A stretch of DNA of 64,000 bases from an uncultured virus (IMG/VR IMGVR_UViG_3300045953_000290) (lineage: Duplodnaviria > Heunggongvirae > Uroviricota > Caudoviricetes), in the IMG/VR virus record IMGVR_UViG_3300045953_000290; one strand, written 5' to 3'. The notes beneath the pieces were generated by a model. The model searched no databases. It worked only from the letters and a program-made list of their open reading frames with translations, and was not told the origin of the DNA. This document shows, in pieces, positions 36,534 to 47,037 of this stretch. Positions within the stretch are counted from its first letter, which is position 1. Every line of letters starts with the position of its first letter. The position numbers and the translations under genes are program-made.

Positions 36534-37829
36534 ATGCCACTGGACCCCCGCCTGAGCTTCTTTGCCGGCCAGGGTGTCACGCCCGTCGATCCGCTGGCCT
36601 TCCAGAAGGGCCAGCAGGTGGCGCTCCAGCTCCAGGCCGCCCAGCGCCAGGGCCAGGTGGAGCAGATGCAGCTCGCCGAGGCGCAGCGCCAGGAACAGGA
36701 ACGGGGCACGCTGGCGCGGGCCTTCCGCGGCGCCGTGGTGACCGATCCCGCGACCGGGCAGGCGACGGTGGACGTGCCACGCGCCTTCACCGAGGCGTAC
36801 CGCACCACCAGCGATCCGCTCACGGTCTTCAAGGCGCAGCAGAGCTACGAGAAGACGCAAGCGGCGAGTGCCAAAGATGCCCTGGCGGCGCAAAAAGACC
36901 TGCTCGAGAACCGGCTGAAGTCCCTGGAATTTGGCGGCCAGATTGCCCGTGCCGTCGAACAGCAGTGGGACGCCGGAGGCGATCCGCAGCAGGCGTGGAA
37001 CTGGGGCATCGAGCAGATGCGTGCGGCCGGGTTTCCCATTCAGGGCGTGCCGCCCACCCCCGATCGGAGCTTTCTGGCGCGCTGGCAGGCGGCCGGGCTG
37101 GCGCAGAAGGACGCGCTCACGGCACAGCAGAAGGTTGTCGACCAGCAGTTGCGGGAACGGGAACTCGCCGAGACGCAGAAGCGCACGGACGTGATGGCGC
37201 AGGATGTGACGGACCGCCGGGCGGAGCGCCAGCAGACGCGGGAGAGCACGCAGACCCAGCGCGCGGGCGAGCGTGAAGAGGGGTTGCGCAAAGAGTTTAC
37301 CGGTCTGACCAAAGACTATCGGACGGTGGCGGACGCCTATAGTCGCATCCAGAGTGCCCAGGAAACCGGCCCGGGCGACATCAGTCTGATCTTTAGCTAT
37401 ATGAAGCTCCTCGATCCGGGCTCGACGGTCCGCGAGGGCGAATTTGCCACGGCGCAGAATGCCGGGGGCGTGCCCGAGCGGGTCATTGCGCAGTATAACC
37501 GGCTGATCAGTGGCGAACGCCTCGCCCCGGAGACCCGCAAGCAGTTTCTGGCGCAAGCGCAGGGTTTGTATGACCAGGCGACGAAGGATTATGACCGCAC
37601 CCGGGGCCAGTACCAGGAGCTGGCGCGGCGGGCTGGAGTCGATCCGGCCAACGTGACGCTGGAGTTTGGCTCCACGGCGGCACCGAAGCCGGGGACCAGC
37701 GGGACGGGGGGGCAGGCGGGCGGGAAGCGCGCCAGCCGGGCCGAGATCCAGGACAAACTGAAACCTGGCTGGACGCTCGATCAAGCCATCGAGTGGTATC
37801 GTAGCCAGGGGTGGGAGGTGACCAACTGA
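36534..37829 (+). CDS. Ejection protein (gp20-position)
   Basis: GDISLIFSYMKLLDPGSTVREGEF motif; homolog at 396..1862. Confidence 0.7.
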   Translation: MPLDPRLSFFAGQGVTPVDPLAFQKGQQVALQLQAAQRQGQVEQMQLAEAQRQEQERGTLARAFRGAVVTDPATGQATVDVPRAFTEAYRTTSDPLTVFKAQQSYEKTQAASAKDALAAQKDLLENRLKSLEFGGQIARAVEQQWDAGGDPQQAWNWGIEQMRAAGFPIQGVPPTPDRSFLARWQAAGLAQKDALTAQQKVVDQQLRERELAETQKRTDVMAQDVTDRRAERQQTRESTQTQRAGEREEGLRKEFTGLTKDYRTVADAYSRIQSAQETGPGDISLIFSYMKLLDPGSTVREGEFATAQNAGGVPERVIAQYNRLISGERLAPETRKQFLAQAQGLYDQATKDYDRTRGQYQELARRAGVDPANVTLEFGSTAAPKPGTSGTGGQAGGKRASRAEIQDKLKPGWTLDQAIEWYRSQGWEVTN

Positions 37830-40800
37830 TGGAGTACACCACCCGGCAGATCCAGGATATGATTCGCCAGGAAGCCCGAAGGCAAGGCGTCGATCCGGCG
37901 CTGGCCCTGGCCGTGGCGCAGACGGAGTCGGCCTTCGAGTGGTGGCAGATCGGCGATAAGGGCCAGGCCGTTGGGGTGTATCAGCTCCATCCCGCGGCGG
38001 CTCAGGAAGTGGGATTATCGCCCCAGGATCGCTACGACGTGCCTCGGAACATCCGGGGGGGCATTGCCTACCTGAAGAACCGCATCGCCCGCGAAGGCAA
38101 CGAAGATCGGGGCATTTCCGCCTATAACCAGGGCGTTGGGCTCCGGGATGGGCAACTCTCGAACCCGACGTATGTGCGCATGGTCCGGCAGTACCAGCGG
38201 CAACACCAGCAGCACCCCGCGCTGTTTTCCCGCGTGGCGCGGGCGGTGAGTCCAGGTCGCGCGGAAGCCGCCGACCTGCCCACGCTCCCACCGGGCGCCG
38301 CGCGGACACCGCTCCCGGATCTCCCCGACCGGCCCCCGGCAGCCCTGGCTCCGGCGCCGCAGACGCCCACGCTCCTGCACCGCCTGGGCCAGGCGGCCGA
38401 AACCGCCCTGGAGCAGGTCCCGATTGCCGGGCCCGTCTATGGCCTGGTCAAGCCGGTGCTCCAGGCGCAGTATGGCCCGCAGTTCGAGGCGTTGCCCCGC
38501 GCCGGGGCCGCAGCCGGGATCAGTGCCGGGGGGACTGCCACCGGGGCCCGGATTGGCGGACTCCTGGGGACGCCGTTTGGCCCGCCCGGTGTGGCCATTG
38601 GCACCGGCCTCGGGGCCATCGCCGGTTCGTATGCCAGTCGCCGCGCCAACGTCGGCATGGGACTGGAAGACCCGGGCATGTTTGGCGACGTGGCCAGCAT
38701 CGTCTTGCCGGCCGGGCAGGCGCTCTATGGGGGGCTCAAAGGAGTGGACCGCTCCATGGTCGGGACGTCGCGGCCGGCGGTGGCAGTTCCGGAGCGGGAC
38801 ATCCTGGGCCGGCGTGGGGGCATTTTGACCAGCGAGAGGGGAAGCATTCAGGGGCCAGCGGCGCTGCCGTGGCGCCCGTTTGCGTCCCGGGACGCGGCGC
38901 CACTGCAGCCGGTGATCGATGCCCGGGCCGCGTCGCCCACCATGCGCATGGCCGGCTACACGCCAGACCTGCAGCTCCGGGTTCGGCTCGCTCCAGGCCG
39001 GGAGAACACGCAGCTGCTGCGCGTTGAGTATCAGTCCGAGCGCTCCCGGGCGCCCCTGATCTGGGCCAATTTTTCGCGCGAGGGCGCCTTGCTCGCCACC
39101 GCGCCCGAGATGGCCCCGGAAGAACTGCAGACCTTTACGGCGTTGGCGCAGGAGGCGGCGGCCCGCCTGCAGCAGACGCCGGACTGGATGCGTCCGCTGC
39201 TCGGCCAGGCGCTCTATGTGCGGTTTGGGAGCCTGCCCCGTGGGGGCGCCTCGCAGGATTTTGCGCGGGGACAGCGCTTACGGGGGGTCTCGGTCTATCC
39301 GGCCCGGGCCGATCCGCTGGAACACGTCCTGCGGTTCGATGAAGCGCATCCCCATACCGGGGAACACGCCTTCACGATTGGCACGATCCTGGATCGTCCC
39401 GCCTGGCTGGTGACCGGCAAGGAAGTGGGGATAGGCCCCGATAATGAACCGCTCCTGGACGCCGTGACCCCGCTGGTTCGGATCCAGTATCAGCCGCAGG
39501 CCGGCGGATTTCTCCCGAAGAGCGGCGTGGGGACGCGGGCGCGGCGGCGCCTGCAGGAGATCCTCACCAACGAACGTGGCGGCATCAGCCTGGACCGGTT
39601 GAGTCCCCGACTGGCCGCGGCCGCCTCCATGCGCGAACCGGTCGCGAGCGCGGTGACCCCGGCCCGTGCGGAGGCTGCTGACCTGCCCCTGCTGGCGCCT
39701 GGCGCCGCCCGCATGGCCCTCCCGGATCTCCCCGACCGGCCCCCGGCAGCCCTGGCTCCGGCGGCGGCGCCGGACCTGCCGGATTCCCCGCCGCAGAGCG
39801 CCTATGAGGTGGACGTGCAGGTCCTTGGTCCCCCTGGCACGGCGGCGGCGCAGGGGCTCATGCCGGCGCCAGAGCCCACGGCACCCATGCCATGGGGCCA
39901 GATCGCCCGCAGTGCGGTGCGGACTGCCAGCCGTGGGGTGCTTGGCGGCCTGCCAGAGCTTGCCATCCCTGCGGTAGAGCGGATGACGGACCCCACCCAG
40001 GTCCCCCAGACGGCGGCAGGTGTGGGAGAGATGATCGGCCAGAGCGCGGGCAGTGCGGTGCTCCCAGGACCGGGAACGGCCATCGGCGGCACCGTCGGGG
40101 CGGTGACCGGCTTGACCGCCGGGACGCTCGCCACGGAAGGGCGGTGGCCGACCTGGAAGGAAATTGGCCGGGAAGCCGTGTGGTCGGCGGTGCCCGAAAT
40201 CGCTGAAAGTACGGTGCGCGGGATCGTCAGACACATTGGCCGGGGCACCCAGGGTGGGCGCTTGATCCGGCTCGATGAGGCGGCGCGGCGGGCGCGGGAT
40301 CTCCCCGGGGTGTTCCAGGCGCCGCCCCGGCAGCAGGTGGGGCAGCAGTTTGACGCCGTGCGGGCCAGTGGGCTCCAGCTTGATACCGGGATCATGCAGC
40401 AGGAAATTCAAGGGCTCCGTCAGGGCAAGTATGAGGATTTGCTGGCTGAGGTGCGGCGCATTGATCGGGGGCATAAAACCGGCCGACGCTATGAACAGCT
40501 GGTCGAGAATCTGCGGAATCCCGGGCCGGGCGTGCGCGTGGCGGGCTGGCCGGTGGGGGATTTACAACAGCTCCGCAGTGCCGTGCGCGCGCGGGCCGAA
40601 GAACTCACCTCGCACGAAGCGCGGCAACTGCTCGAGGATTTTCAAGGGGCGGTCGATGACGCGATTGATGCGGGGATTGCGCGGGGACGGGTGCCGACGG
40701 GCATGACCGTGGCGGATTTACAGGAAGCCCGGCGGCAGTGGGCGCGAGTACGCGCCCACGAAGACCTGAGCACCCTGGTGGAGCGCACGATTGATGTCAC

Positions 40801-41239
40801 CCCCGACCTCACGATGTCGTCGTTCAAACTGAAGCAATTGGCTAATAGCCTGCGGCGCAATGAGGGCCCCCTGGCGCAGCGCATCAATCGGGCGCTGGAC
40901 CAGACGGGGACACGGGGGGCGTTTCAGCGCGACATCGAGGAGGTGTCGCAGCTCTATCAGACGGTGGAACTCCCGCTGGCGGATGTCTTTGGCATCTGGC
41001 GTGCGCCGGGCTTTGCGGTGGTGCGCCAGATGATTTCTGGCGTGCTGGCGTCCCCGACCGGGCGCCAGATCTTCCGTGACGCCATTATCGAGGGTCGCGG
41101 ACGCCTCTCTTTGAACGGCTTCGCCGCGGCGGTGAACGCGGCCCGGCGGGAGTCAGGGCTTGTCTTCCCCGCGATTCCCGGTCTGGAGGCGGAGCGCGCA
41201 GGCGCCACTGCACCCACCACTCCAGGACCAGGAGGCTAA
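37829..41239 (+). CDS. Large ejection protein with N-terminal SLT domain and inserted modules
   Basis: AQTESAF, YQL, SAYNQG; internal duplication. Confidence 0.8.
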   Translation: MEYTTRQIQDMIRQEARRQGVDPALALAVAQTESAFEWWQIGDKGQAVGVYQLHPAAAQEVGLSPQDRYDVPRNIRGGIAYLKNRIAREGNEDRGISAYNQGVGLRDGQLSNPTYVRMVRQYQRQHQQHPALFSRVARAVSPGRAEAADLPTLPPGAARTPLPDLPDRPPAALAPAPQTPTLLHRLGQAAETALEQVPIAGPVYGLVKPVLQAQYGPQFEALPRAGAAAGISAGGTATGARIGGLLGTPFGPPGVAIGTGLGAIAGSYASRRANVGMGLEDPGMFGDVASIVLPAGQALYGGLKGVDRSMVGTSRPAVAVPERDILGRRGGILTSERGSIQGPAALPWRPFASRDAAPLQPVIDARAASPTMRMAGYTPDLQLRVRLAPGRENTQLLRVEYQSERSRAPLIWANFSREGALLATAPEMAPEELQTFTALAQEAAARLQQTPDWMRPLLGQALYVRFGSLPRGGASQDFARGQRLRGVSVYPARADPLEHVLRFDEAHPHTGEHAFTIGTILDRPAWLVTGKEVGIGPDNEPLLDAVTPLVRIQYQPQAGGFLPKSGVGTRARRRLQEILTNERGGISLDRLSPRLAAAASMREPVASAVTPARAEAADLPLLAPGAARMALPDLPDRPPAALAPAAAPDLPDSPPQSAYEVDVQVLGPPGTAAAQGLMPAPEPTAPMPWGQIARSAVRTASRGVLGGLPELAIPAVERMTDPTQVPQTAAGVGEMIGQSAGSAVLPGPGTAIGGTVGAVTGLTAGTLATEGRWPTWKEIGREAVWSAVPEIAESTVRGIVRHIGRGTQGGRLIRLDEAARRARDLPGVFQAPPRQQVGQQFDAVRASGLQLDTGIMQQEIQGLRQGKYEDLLAEVRRIDRGHKTGRRYEQLVENLRNPGPGVRVAGWPVGDLQQLRSAVRARAEELTSHEARQLLEDFQGAVDDAIDAGIARGRVPTGMTVADLQEARRQWARVRAHEDLSTLVERTIDVTPDLTMSSFKLKQLANSLRRNEGPLAQRINRALDQTGTRGAFQRDIEEVSQLYQTVELPLADVFGIWRAPGFAVVRQMISGVLASPTGRQIFRDAIIEGRGRLSLNGFAAAVNAARRESGLVFPAIPGLEAERAGATAPTTPGPGG

Positions 41240-41496
41240 GGTTGCACGCGAGGGAGAGGAGGAATGCGTCCACACGGCTTCTCCAGGGGGGGCAACTCGG
41301 CCAGACGCGCCAATGTGGCGATCTCCAGCAGCGCCTCGTGCAGGGCCTCGGCGGCGCGCTGCTCCGCCTCCCGCGTCAGCGCGCGCTGGCGAGACTCCTG
41401 ACGCTGGAAATAGCGCTGATAAGGAGGCCAGTAGGCCAGGAAGACGTTGACCATCACGAGGGGCCCGCCCAGCGACAGGACAAGGGGCCAGAACAT
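41236..41496 (-). CDS. Moron membrane protein
   Basis: AAAGGAG RBS; TM segment. Confidence 0.6.
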   Translation of the reverse strand: MFWPLVLSLGGPLVMVNVFLAYWPPYQRYFQRQESRQRALTREAEQRAAEALHEALLEIATLARLAELPPLEKPCGRIPPLPRVQP

Positions 41497-41506
41497 GAGG
41501 ACTCCT

Positions 41507-41764
41507 TTACAGCAGGATTTGGCGCCACAGGACGGTGAGCACGCCGCCCAGGGTGAGCACCAGCAGGGAAAAGCCAACGCCAAACATCCACGTGACTTTA
41601 CTGTCCAGCGCGGTGAGGCGGGTATCGAGCCGATCGACCTTCGCCTCGATACTGATGAGGCGGTTTTCGTACCCCGCAATCGCGGTGGCGGCACTGCGGG
41701 CTTTGGCGTCCGAGGCCCCGGCTTCGAGCAGGGCATCATAGACTTCGGACAGCAGTAAGGGCAT
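41507..41764 (-). CDS. Coiled-coil protein with C-terminal TM
   Basis: EVYDALLEAGASDAKAR.AA; TM segment. Confidence 0.7.
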   Translation of the reverse strand: MPLLLSEVYDALLEAGASDAKARSAATAIAGYENRLISIEAKVDRLDTRLTALDSKVTWMFGVGFSLLVLTLGGVLTVLWRQILL

Positions 41765-41775
41765 GAACAGACTCC

Positions 41776-42084
41776 TTAGCGCCGCGGCACGAGGTAGCCG
41801 GCCTCGAAGGGCGACAGCGGCGGCGCCGGCAGCACGACATACGGATACGTCGGCAGCGGCGTATACGGCTGCAGCGGCTGGTGCGTGCCGTACTGCCCGG
41901 TGTACGGGTTGACATTGCCCCGGGTGCTCCAGTTATCGAGCGTGGAGCCGTTGGGGCTGGAGCGATAGTGCGGCGCCACGTAGGTGCCATCACGGCGCCA
42001 GTAGCCATGGACAGGGACTTGTGCCGTGGCAGCGCTGGCCAGGGCGGTGAGAACGAGGGCAGAGAGGACGAATAGACGGATCAC
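41776..42084 (-). CDS. Secreted small protein (GY.R.DGTYV.PHYRS family)
   Basis: Signal peptide; VHGYWRRDGTYVAPHYRSSPN..DNWSTRGNVNPYTG. Confidence 0.75.
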   Translation of the reverse strand: MIRLFVLSALVLTALASAATAQVPVHGYWRRDGTYVAPHYRSSPNGSTLDNWSTRGNVNPYTGQYGTHQPLQPYTPLPTYPYVVLPAPPLSPFEAGYLVPRR

Positions 42085-42245
42085 GAGGAACTCCTTTCGC
42101 GGTCGGCAGTCTGAAGGAGTTCCCATTCCCTGGTGAGCAGACGGCGTAAGACCTGCAGTTGTTGTTCGCCGGTTGTGGCCGCAATCAACCGCAGGATGCG
42201 CCACAGATCCGACGGGATTTTGAGATTCTTGCGGCTGATGTCCAT
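42081..42245 (-). CDS. Small RHH-like regulator
   Basis: KNLKIPSDLWRILRLIAA; AAGGAG RBS. Confidence 0.55.
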   Translation of the reverse strand: MDISRKNLKIPSDLWRILRLIAATTGEQQLQVLRRLLTREWELLQTADRERSSS

Positions 42246-42322
42246 ATCAGACTCCTTGAGAGTATTGTACCCCATGGGAGTCTTATCGGCAAGTCTGCGA
42301 CAACCTTGAGGACTTTTTTACG

Positions 42323-44221
42323 ATGGGCCAGTTAGCCACCTACCCCCTCTTTCGCGCCTTCGACAGGGACGGCGAGCCATTAGCGGGCGGCAAGGTCTAC
42401 TCCTACCTGTCCGGGACGTCCACGCCCCATGCTCTGTTCGCGGACGCGGATCTCACGACCCCGCTGGAGAACCCGGTCATCCTGGACAGTAGCGGGGAAG
42501 CCGAGTTTTACTACAACGGCTCGCTCTACAAGCTGCTCCTGACCGACAAGGACGATGTGGAGCAGTGGCTGCTCGATCCCGTCAGCGGCGCCGGCAGCAC
42601 CGGCCTGCCCGGCCTGGGGATGGGGACCAACACCGTGCTCATACGGCCCAGCGCCGGCGTGGCCGCGGTGAGCGCTGCGGCCTTCCCCGCCGACGTGCTG
42701 GGAATCGCCCTCACCGTCAAGATCACCGAAAGCTTTGGCACCAGTCAGGGGCTTGAGGCGATGGGCGTCGGCAGTCCCAGCGCCCCGGATCTGTGGGGCG
42801 TGCTGACCACGCTCACGGCTGCCGAGGCCAGTACGGCCGGAGACTTCCTGGTCTATAGCGGGCAGCCGCAGCCGCAGCCCGGCCCGGTCACGCTCACGGC
42901 CTACGGCGGGCTCTTTGATGGCACGGGGGCGCTCTACGTGACGGCCTATTTCTTCTCCTTCGCCGCCCCCACCACTCCCGGCATGAGCTACCTGCCCGGC
43001 GCCGCCGGGGATCCCCTCCCGCCCACGCCGCAGCCCCCGGCGAGCGAGACCACCATGGGGATTGCCGAGATTGCCACCACGGCGGAAACCACCACCGGGA
43101 CCGATAACAGCCGCATCATCTCGCCCTTGCGCCTCAAAGAACAACTCGACCCGGTGCGCGCCGACGTGACGGCGCTGGAGGCGAAACTGCCCGCCGGCAC
43201 GGCGCTCAGCGTGGCGCGCTACGCGACGAGCGGCACGGCGCTGGAGAGCGCGCCGGGGCTCGCGACGACGTCCACCGCCGGGCAGCTCGTGCTCGGGGCG
43301 GCGGCGCCGACTCCGGACACGCTCAATCTCCTGCTCGTGCAGCAAAATGGCGGGGCGGGCGTGCGCATCGCCAGCGCCGCCGGCGCCCCGGGCCTCTCCA
43401 CCATGCTGGCTGGCACCAGCCTGGAGGCCCCCAGCGCCCTGCCGACCAATACCCTGATGAGCTATGTGGGGGCGGCCGGCTACGATGGCACGGCCTATAG
43501 CCCCAATCAGGCCACCATCCAGGTGTGGACCGAAGAGGCCTGGACGGCCACGACGCGCGGCACCTCGATTCGCCTCGCCACGACCACGCTCGGGACCATT
43601 ACCCGCACGGAACGCCTGCGCCTCGATGCGCAGGGCAATCTGCGCACCAGCGGCACCTCAACCCAGGTGGCGATCCCGGGCACCGGGGCCGTCGGCGTGC
43701 TGGCGCTCAAGGAAGGCGTGGCGCCGACGGGCAGCCACCCGGCGGATGCGGTCCAACTCTGGACCGCGAACCGCGGGGCCGTGGCCGGCAAGGGCAGCCT
43801 GCACCTGCGCACTGAGGACGGCACGCAGCACGTGTTGGGCGATCTCAGCGGCCACGGGACCCTGTGTGACGCCACCCTGGGCAGTGGCGCCAGCTATCAG
43901 ACGCTGACCATCAAGGGCTCCCTGCTCACGGTGGGGCAATCGAGTACCCAGGAGCGCGCGCAAGGGCTCGTGAGTAGTAGCTGGGTGGTGGCGACCGACG
44001 CCACCCGGACGGCGCGCCTGACCGTGAGCGCCTACGATGCCACGGCGGCCCGCGAGGGGATGCGCCTGGAGGCCGATGGCGCGGCGGCACGGATTGGATT
44101 CCTGGGGGCGGCCGCGGTAGTCCGGCAGACCCTCCCGGTGGCCGCGACGGACTCTGCGACCACGCAGTCCTTAGCCAACAGTCTCCGCACCGCACTCCTG
44201 AACCTTGGGCTCGCCGCCTAG
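42323..44221 (+). CDS. Tail fibre/tailspike with head-binding N-terminus
   Basis: N-terminal ~290 aa homologous to 4678..6228; distal part diverged. Confidence 0.75.
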   Translation: MGQLATYPLFRAFDRDGEPLAGGKVYSYLSGTSTPHALFADADLTTPLENPVILDSSGEAEFYYNGSLYKLLLTDKDDVEQWLLDPVSGAGSTGLPGLGMGTNTVLIRPSAGVAAVSAAAFPADVLGIALTVKITESFGTSQGLEAMGVGSPSAPDLWGVLTTLTAAEASTAGDFLVYSGQPQPQPGPVTLTAYGGLFDGTGALYVTAYFFSFAAPTTPGMSYLPGAAGDPLPPTPQPPASETTMGIAEIATTAETTTGTDNSRIISPLRLKEQLDPVRADVTALEAKLPAGTALSVARYATSGTALESAPGLATTSTAGQLVLGAAAPTPDTLNLLLVQQNGGAGVRIASAAGAPGLSTMLAGTSLEAPSALPTNTLMSYVGAAGYDGTAYSPNQATIQVWTEEAWTATTRGTSIRLATTTLGTITRTERLRLDAQGNLRTSGTSTQVAIPGTGAVGVLALKEGVAPTGSHPADAVQLWTANRGAVAGKGSLHLRTEDGTQHVLGDLSGHGTLCDATLGSGASYQTLTIKGSLLTVGQSSTQERAQGLVSSSWVVATDATRTARLTVSAYDATAAREGMRLEADGAAARIGFLGAAAVVRQTLPVAATDSATTQSLANSLRTALLNLGLAA

Positions 44222-44231
44222 GAGGGATACC

Positions 44232-44489
44232 ATGGCCAATAACCAGGATTTCATCAGCAAGTATCGCCAGGCCACCACCGCCTGGCTGACGGCCCTCAAT
44301 ACCCTGCTGGCCTATCGTGCGCAATGGGATGCCCTGGACTATTCCAACACCCTGACGGAGGAGGACTTTGCCGGGGCCAATAGCGACATCGACCTGGCCG
44401 CAATGCAAGCGGCGGTGGCGAGCGTCGAAGCCATCGAAACGTTCGTGGCGAGCGGGCATGCGACGAATCTCTACCGGCTGGTGGTCTAG
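44232..44489 (+). CDS. Hypothetical protein (possible fibre chaperone)
   Basis: GGAGG RBS. Confidence 0.65.
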   Translation: MANNQDFISKYRQATTAWLTALNTLLAYRAQWDALDYSNTLTEEDFAGANSDIDLAAMQAAVASVEAIETFVASGHATNLYRLVV

Positions 44490-44498
44490 GGGACGCCG

Positions 44499-44885
44499 AT
44501 GCGTACCGTGCTGGCCGTGCTCTGTCTGCCGGTGGCGCTGGCCCTGTGGGGCGCCAGCCTGTGGTGGGGCCTGCCCTGGAGTCTGCAGCTGCGTCTGGAA
44601 CCGCGCCCCCCGCCGCCGCCGGCACAGGCGCGGCGCATCGTCTACGCCGAAGTGATCCAGCCGTTTGTCCCCCCGGTGGAGGGGCTGGCGCTGGGGGATA
44701 GGGTCCAGTTTGATCGCTATGGGATGCTGGCGCCAGCCCTGGGCACCCGCCATTGCGCGGTGCTGCAGCCTTCTGGCGGCCAGGTCGAGGTGAGTCCTGT
44801 GGGAGGAGCACATCATGCCGGGAGGGTGCGTTTGGTGGTGCAGTCTACTGCTGCTGGGTGCCCTGATCCAGCCAGCCTGGAGTAA
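44499..44885 (+). CDS. Membrane-anchored hypothetical protein
   Basis: N-terminal TM segment. Confidence 0.5.
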   Translation: MRTVLAVLCLPVALALWGASLWWGLPWSLQLRLEPRPPPPPAQARRIVYAEVIQPFVPPVEGLALGDRVQFDRYGMLAPALGTRHCAVLQPSGGQVEVSPVGGAHHAGRVRLVVQSTAAGCPDPASLE

Positions 44886-47028
44886 ATCGTTTCCGGCCAC
44901 GCCGGATGCCACGCTGGCAGCGCAGCAGCGCCTGGGCGCGGTGCAGACGGGCTTTGTCAGTAGCGGGTGCTGGCACAGCCCCAGTGCCACGACCACGGTG
45001 AGCCTGCCGGCGTGCCGCGCCCAGGCCCTGGACACCACGTCTGGCCCGCCGCGCCTGAGCGGCTTTGAGGAAGAGACGCCGCGGGCCCTGACCTTTGCGG
45101 GGGGCGATGGCAGCTACTGGCTCGCCGGGCGCCTCAGCCCGGCCCTGCAGCCGGCGGCCTGGACCTGCCTGGCGGGGACGCATTACTGCTGGATCAAACA
45201 GCCGACGCGCCCTGCCGTGCCGCCGGGCCTGGTGCTGCTCAGCCGCACGGAGGTTGCCGCCGGAGCGGCCAGCGTGGTGGCTGATGTGGCTATCCGACGG
45301 CTGACGGGCGAGGAACTCCTGAGTACGCCGCGCACGGTGGATGCCTCGGCGGTGTGGTATGTCGAGCCCGGAGCCCAGATCCGGGTGGCGGCGGGCGTCA
45401 CCTTTCTCTTTGGGGGGCAGCTCGTGGCCGGGCGCTATGCCCTGTTTGCCGGGGCCCTGGAGGGCGGCTTCGTGTTTGCGCCGGGGGCGATCGTCTACCC
45501 GGAGTGGTGGGGGGCCGTGGCCGATGGCGTGACCCCGAGCGCCAGTGCGCTCCAGGCGGCGCTCCGGGCGACGTCGACGGGGCCCGGGACGGGCACGGGG
45601 CTGCGGGTGGAGCTTGACTGTGGCGTCTACCTCGTGGACCAGGTGGTGCGCTTTCCGCTCACCAACGGGACGCAGGCGCTGGAGACGGGGATTACCGTGC
45701 AGGGCTGCGGCGCCTTCAACGCGACGGTGCTGCGCCGTGCCCCGGGCTATGCCGGGGTGCTGGTGGAGATCGGCGCCAGCGGCGGTCCGGCGGTGTCGTG
45801 GGTGACCCTCCAGGACATGCAACTTGACTGTCTCGATAAGGCGGCGGGCACGGTGGGGCTGCAGACCTGGAGCACGGCCAACGATCTCTTGCACCGCCTG
45901 CGCCTGACCCACTGTGAGCGGGGGCTGTACACCCGCGGGCTGCTCGTCTCGCTGCGCTTTGAAGATGTGGACATCGAGGACAATACCCACGGCTGGCATC
46001 ACGATGGGCGGCTGGCCACCGGGGGGGCGATCAGCGTGGTGCAGATCACCCGCGGCTTCTGGCGCAACAATACGGCGAACAGCCTGTGGCTCCAGAGCGA
46101 GACGGCGGCGGTGCCGCCGCTGATGCGGACCTTCCAGGTGAGCGGCACGGTGTTTACCGGCAATGGCGTGACGACCGGCGGCAACGTGGGCCTGCGGCTG
46201 GAAAACGTGGTGAATTTCCAGTGCCACGGGTGCCATTTCGAGGGCCATGATCCGCATGTGCTGATCAGTTCGGCGACCGGCATCAGCACCAATGCCTCGG
46301 GCTATATTACCTTCGAGCAGTGCAATTTTGGCCAGCTCAATGCCGCCGCGGCCGGGACGGATGCGCTGCGCTGGCTCGACAACGGCACCACCGCCCAGGC
46401 GTTCAATTCGGGGTTGGTGCGCAGCCGGATTACCGCCGGGGTGGTCAATATCGCCTACACGCAGGGCGCGCTGTTTCGGATTCTCGACACGGTCCCGGAT
46501 GGGACGGCGTCGTTCGTGGGGCGCTATTATGCCGTGCGGGGCACGCAAGGCGGCATCCCGGAACTCCTCGTGCGGGGGGATACGGACAATCGCGGCTGGG
46601 TGATCCAGTCGGTTGAGAAAATCGAGTCGGCGCTGCAAACGACCCATTTTCAGACGCGGTACGCCTCGATCGTGACCACGGATGCCGATCCCACCCCGCT
46701 CGATCTGTGGACCGATGAGGGCGCGCTCCCGACCGATGGCGCGGTGTATATCCAGGCCTATGTCACGGCCAAACAGGCGGACAATAGCGATCAGGCCCTG
46801 TATGCCCTGGCGGGGGCCTTTATCAGCAGTGGCGGCACGGCGGTGCAAATCGGCACGACAGAATCCCTCCATAGCGCGATTGAGAGCAACGCGGGGCTCA
46901 ATGCGACGCTCGATACGAATCTTGATCGGGTGCGCCTCGTGGTGACGGGCCTGGCCGAGGCGTCGCCGATTTACTGGTTCGGCCGCGTGGAGGTGATCCG
47001 GCTGTTAGCCACGGCGCCGGCGCCATAG
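44815..47028 (+). CDS. Pectin-lyase-fold beta-helix protein with putative signal peptide
   Basis: YPEWWGAVADGVT..ASALQAAL; beta-helix repeats; GGAGGAG RBS. Confidence 0.72.
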   Translation: MPGGCVWWCSLLLLGALIQPAWSKSFPATPDATLAAQQRLGAVQTGFVSSGCWHSPSATTTVSLPACRAQALDTTSGPPRLSGFEEETPRALTFAGGDGSYWLAGRLSPALQPAAWTCLAGTHYCWIKQPTRPAVPPGLVLLSRTEVAAGAASVVADVAIRRLTGEELLSTPRTVDASAVWYVEPGAQIRVAAGVTFLFGGQLVAGRYALFAGALEGGFVFAPGAIVYPEWWGAVADGVTPSASALQAALRATSTGPGTGTGLRVELDCGVYLVDQVVRFPLTNGTQALETGITVQGCGAFNATVLRRAPGYAGVLVEIGASGGPAVSWVTLQDMQLDCLDKAAGTVGLQTWSTANDLLHRLRLTHCERGLYTRGLLVSLRFEDVDIEDNTHGWHHDGRLATGGAISVVQITRGFWRNNTANSLWLQSETAAVPPLMRTFQVSGTVFTGNGVTTGGNVGLRLENVVNFQCHGCHFEGHDPHVLISSATGISTNASGYITFEQCNFGQLNAAAAGTDALRWLDNGTTAQAFNSGLVRSRITAGVVNIAYTQGALFRILDTVPDGTASFVGRYYAVRGTQGGIPELLVRGDTDNRGWVIQSVEKIESALQTTHFQTRYASIVTTDADPTPLDLWTDEGALPTDGAVYIQAYVTAKQADNSDQALYALAGAFISSGGTAVQIGTTESLHSAIESNAGLNATLDTNLDRVRLVVTGLAEASPIYWFGRVEVIRLLATAPAP

Positions 47029-47037
47029 AGACGTGCC

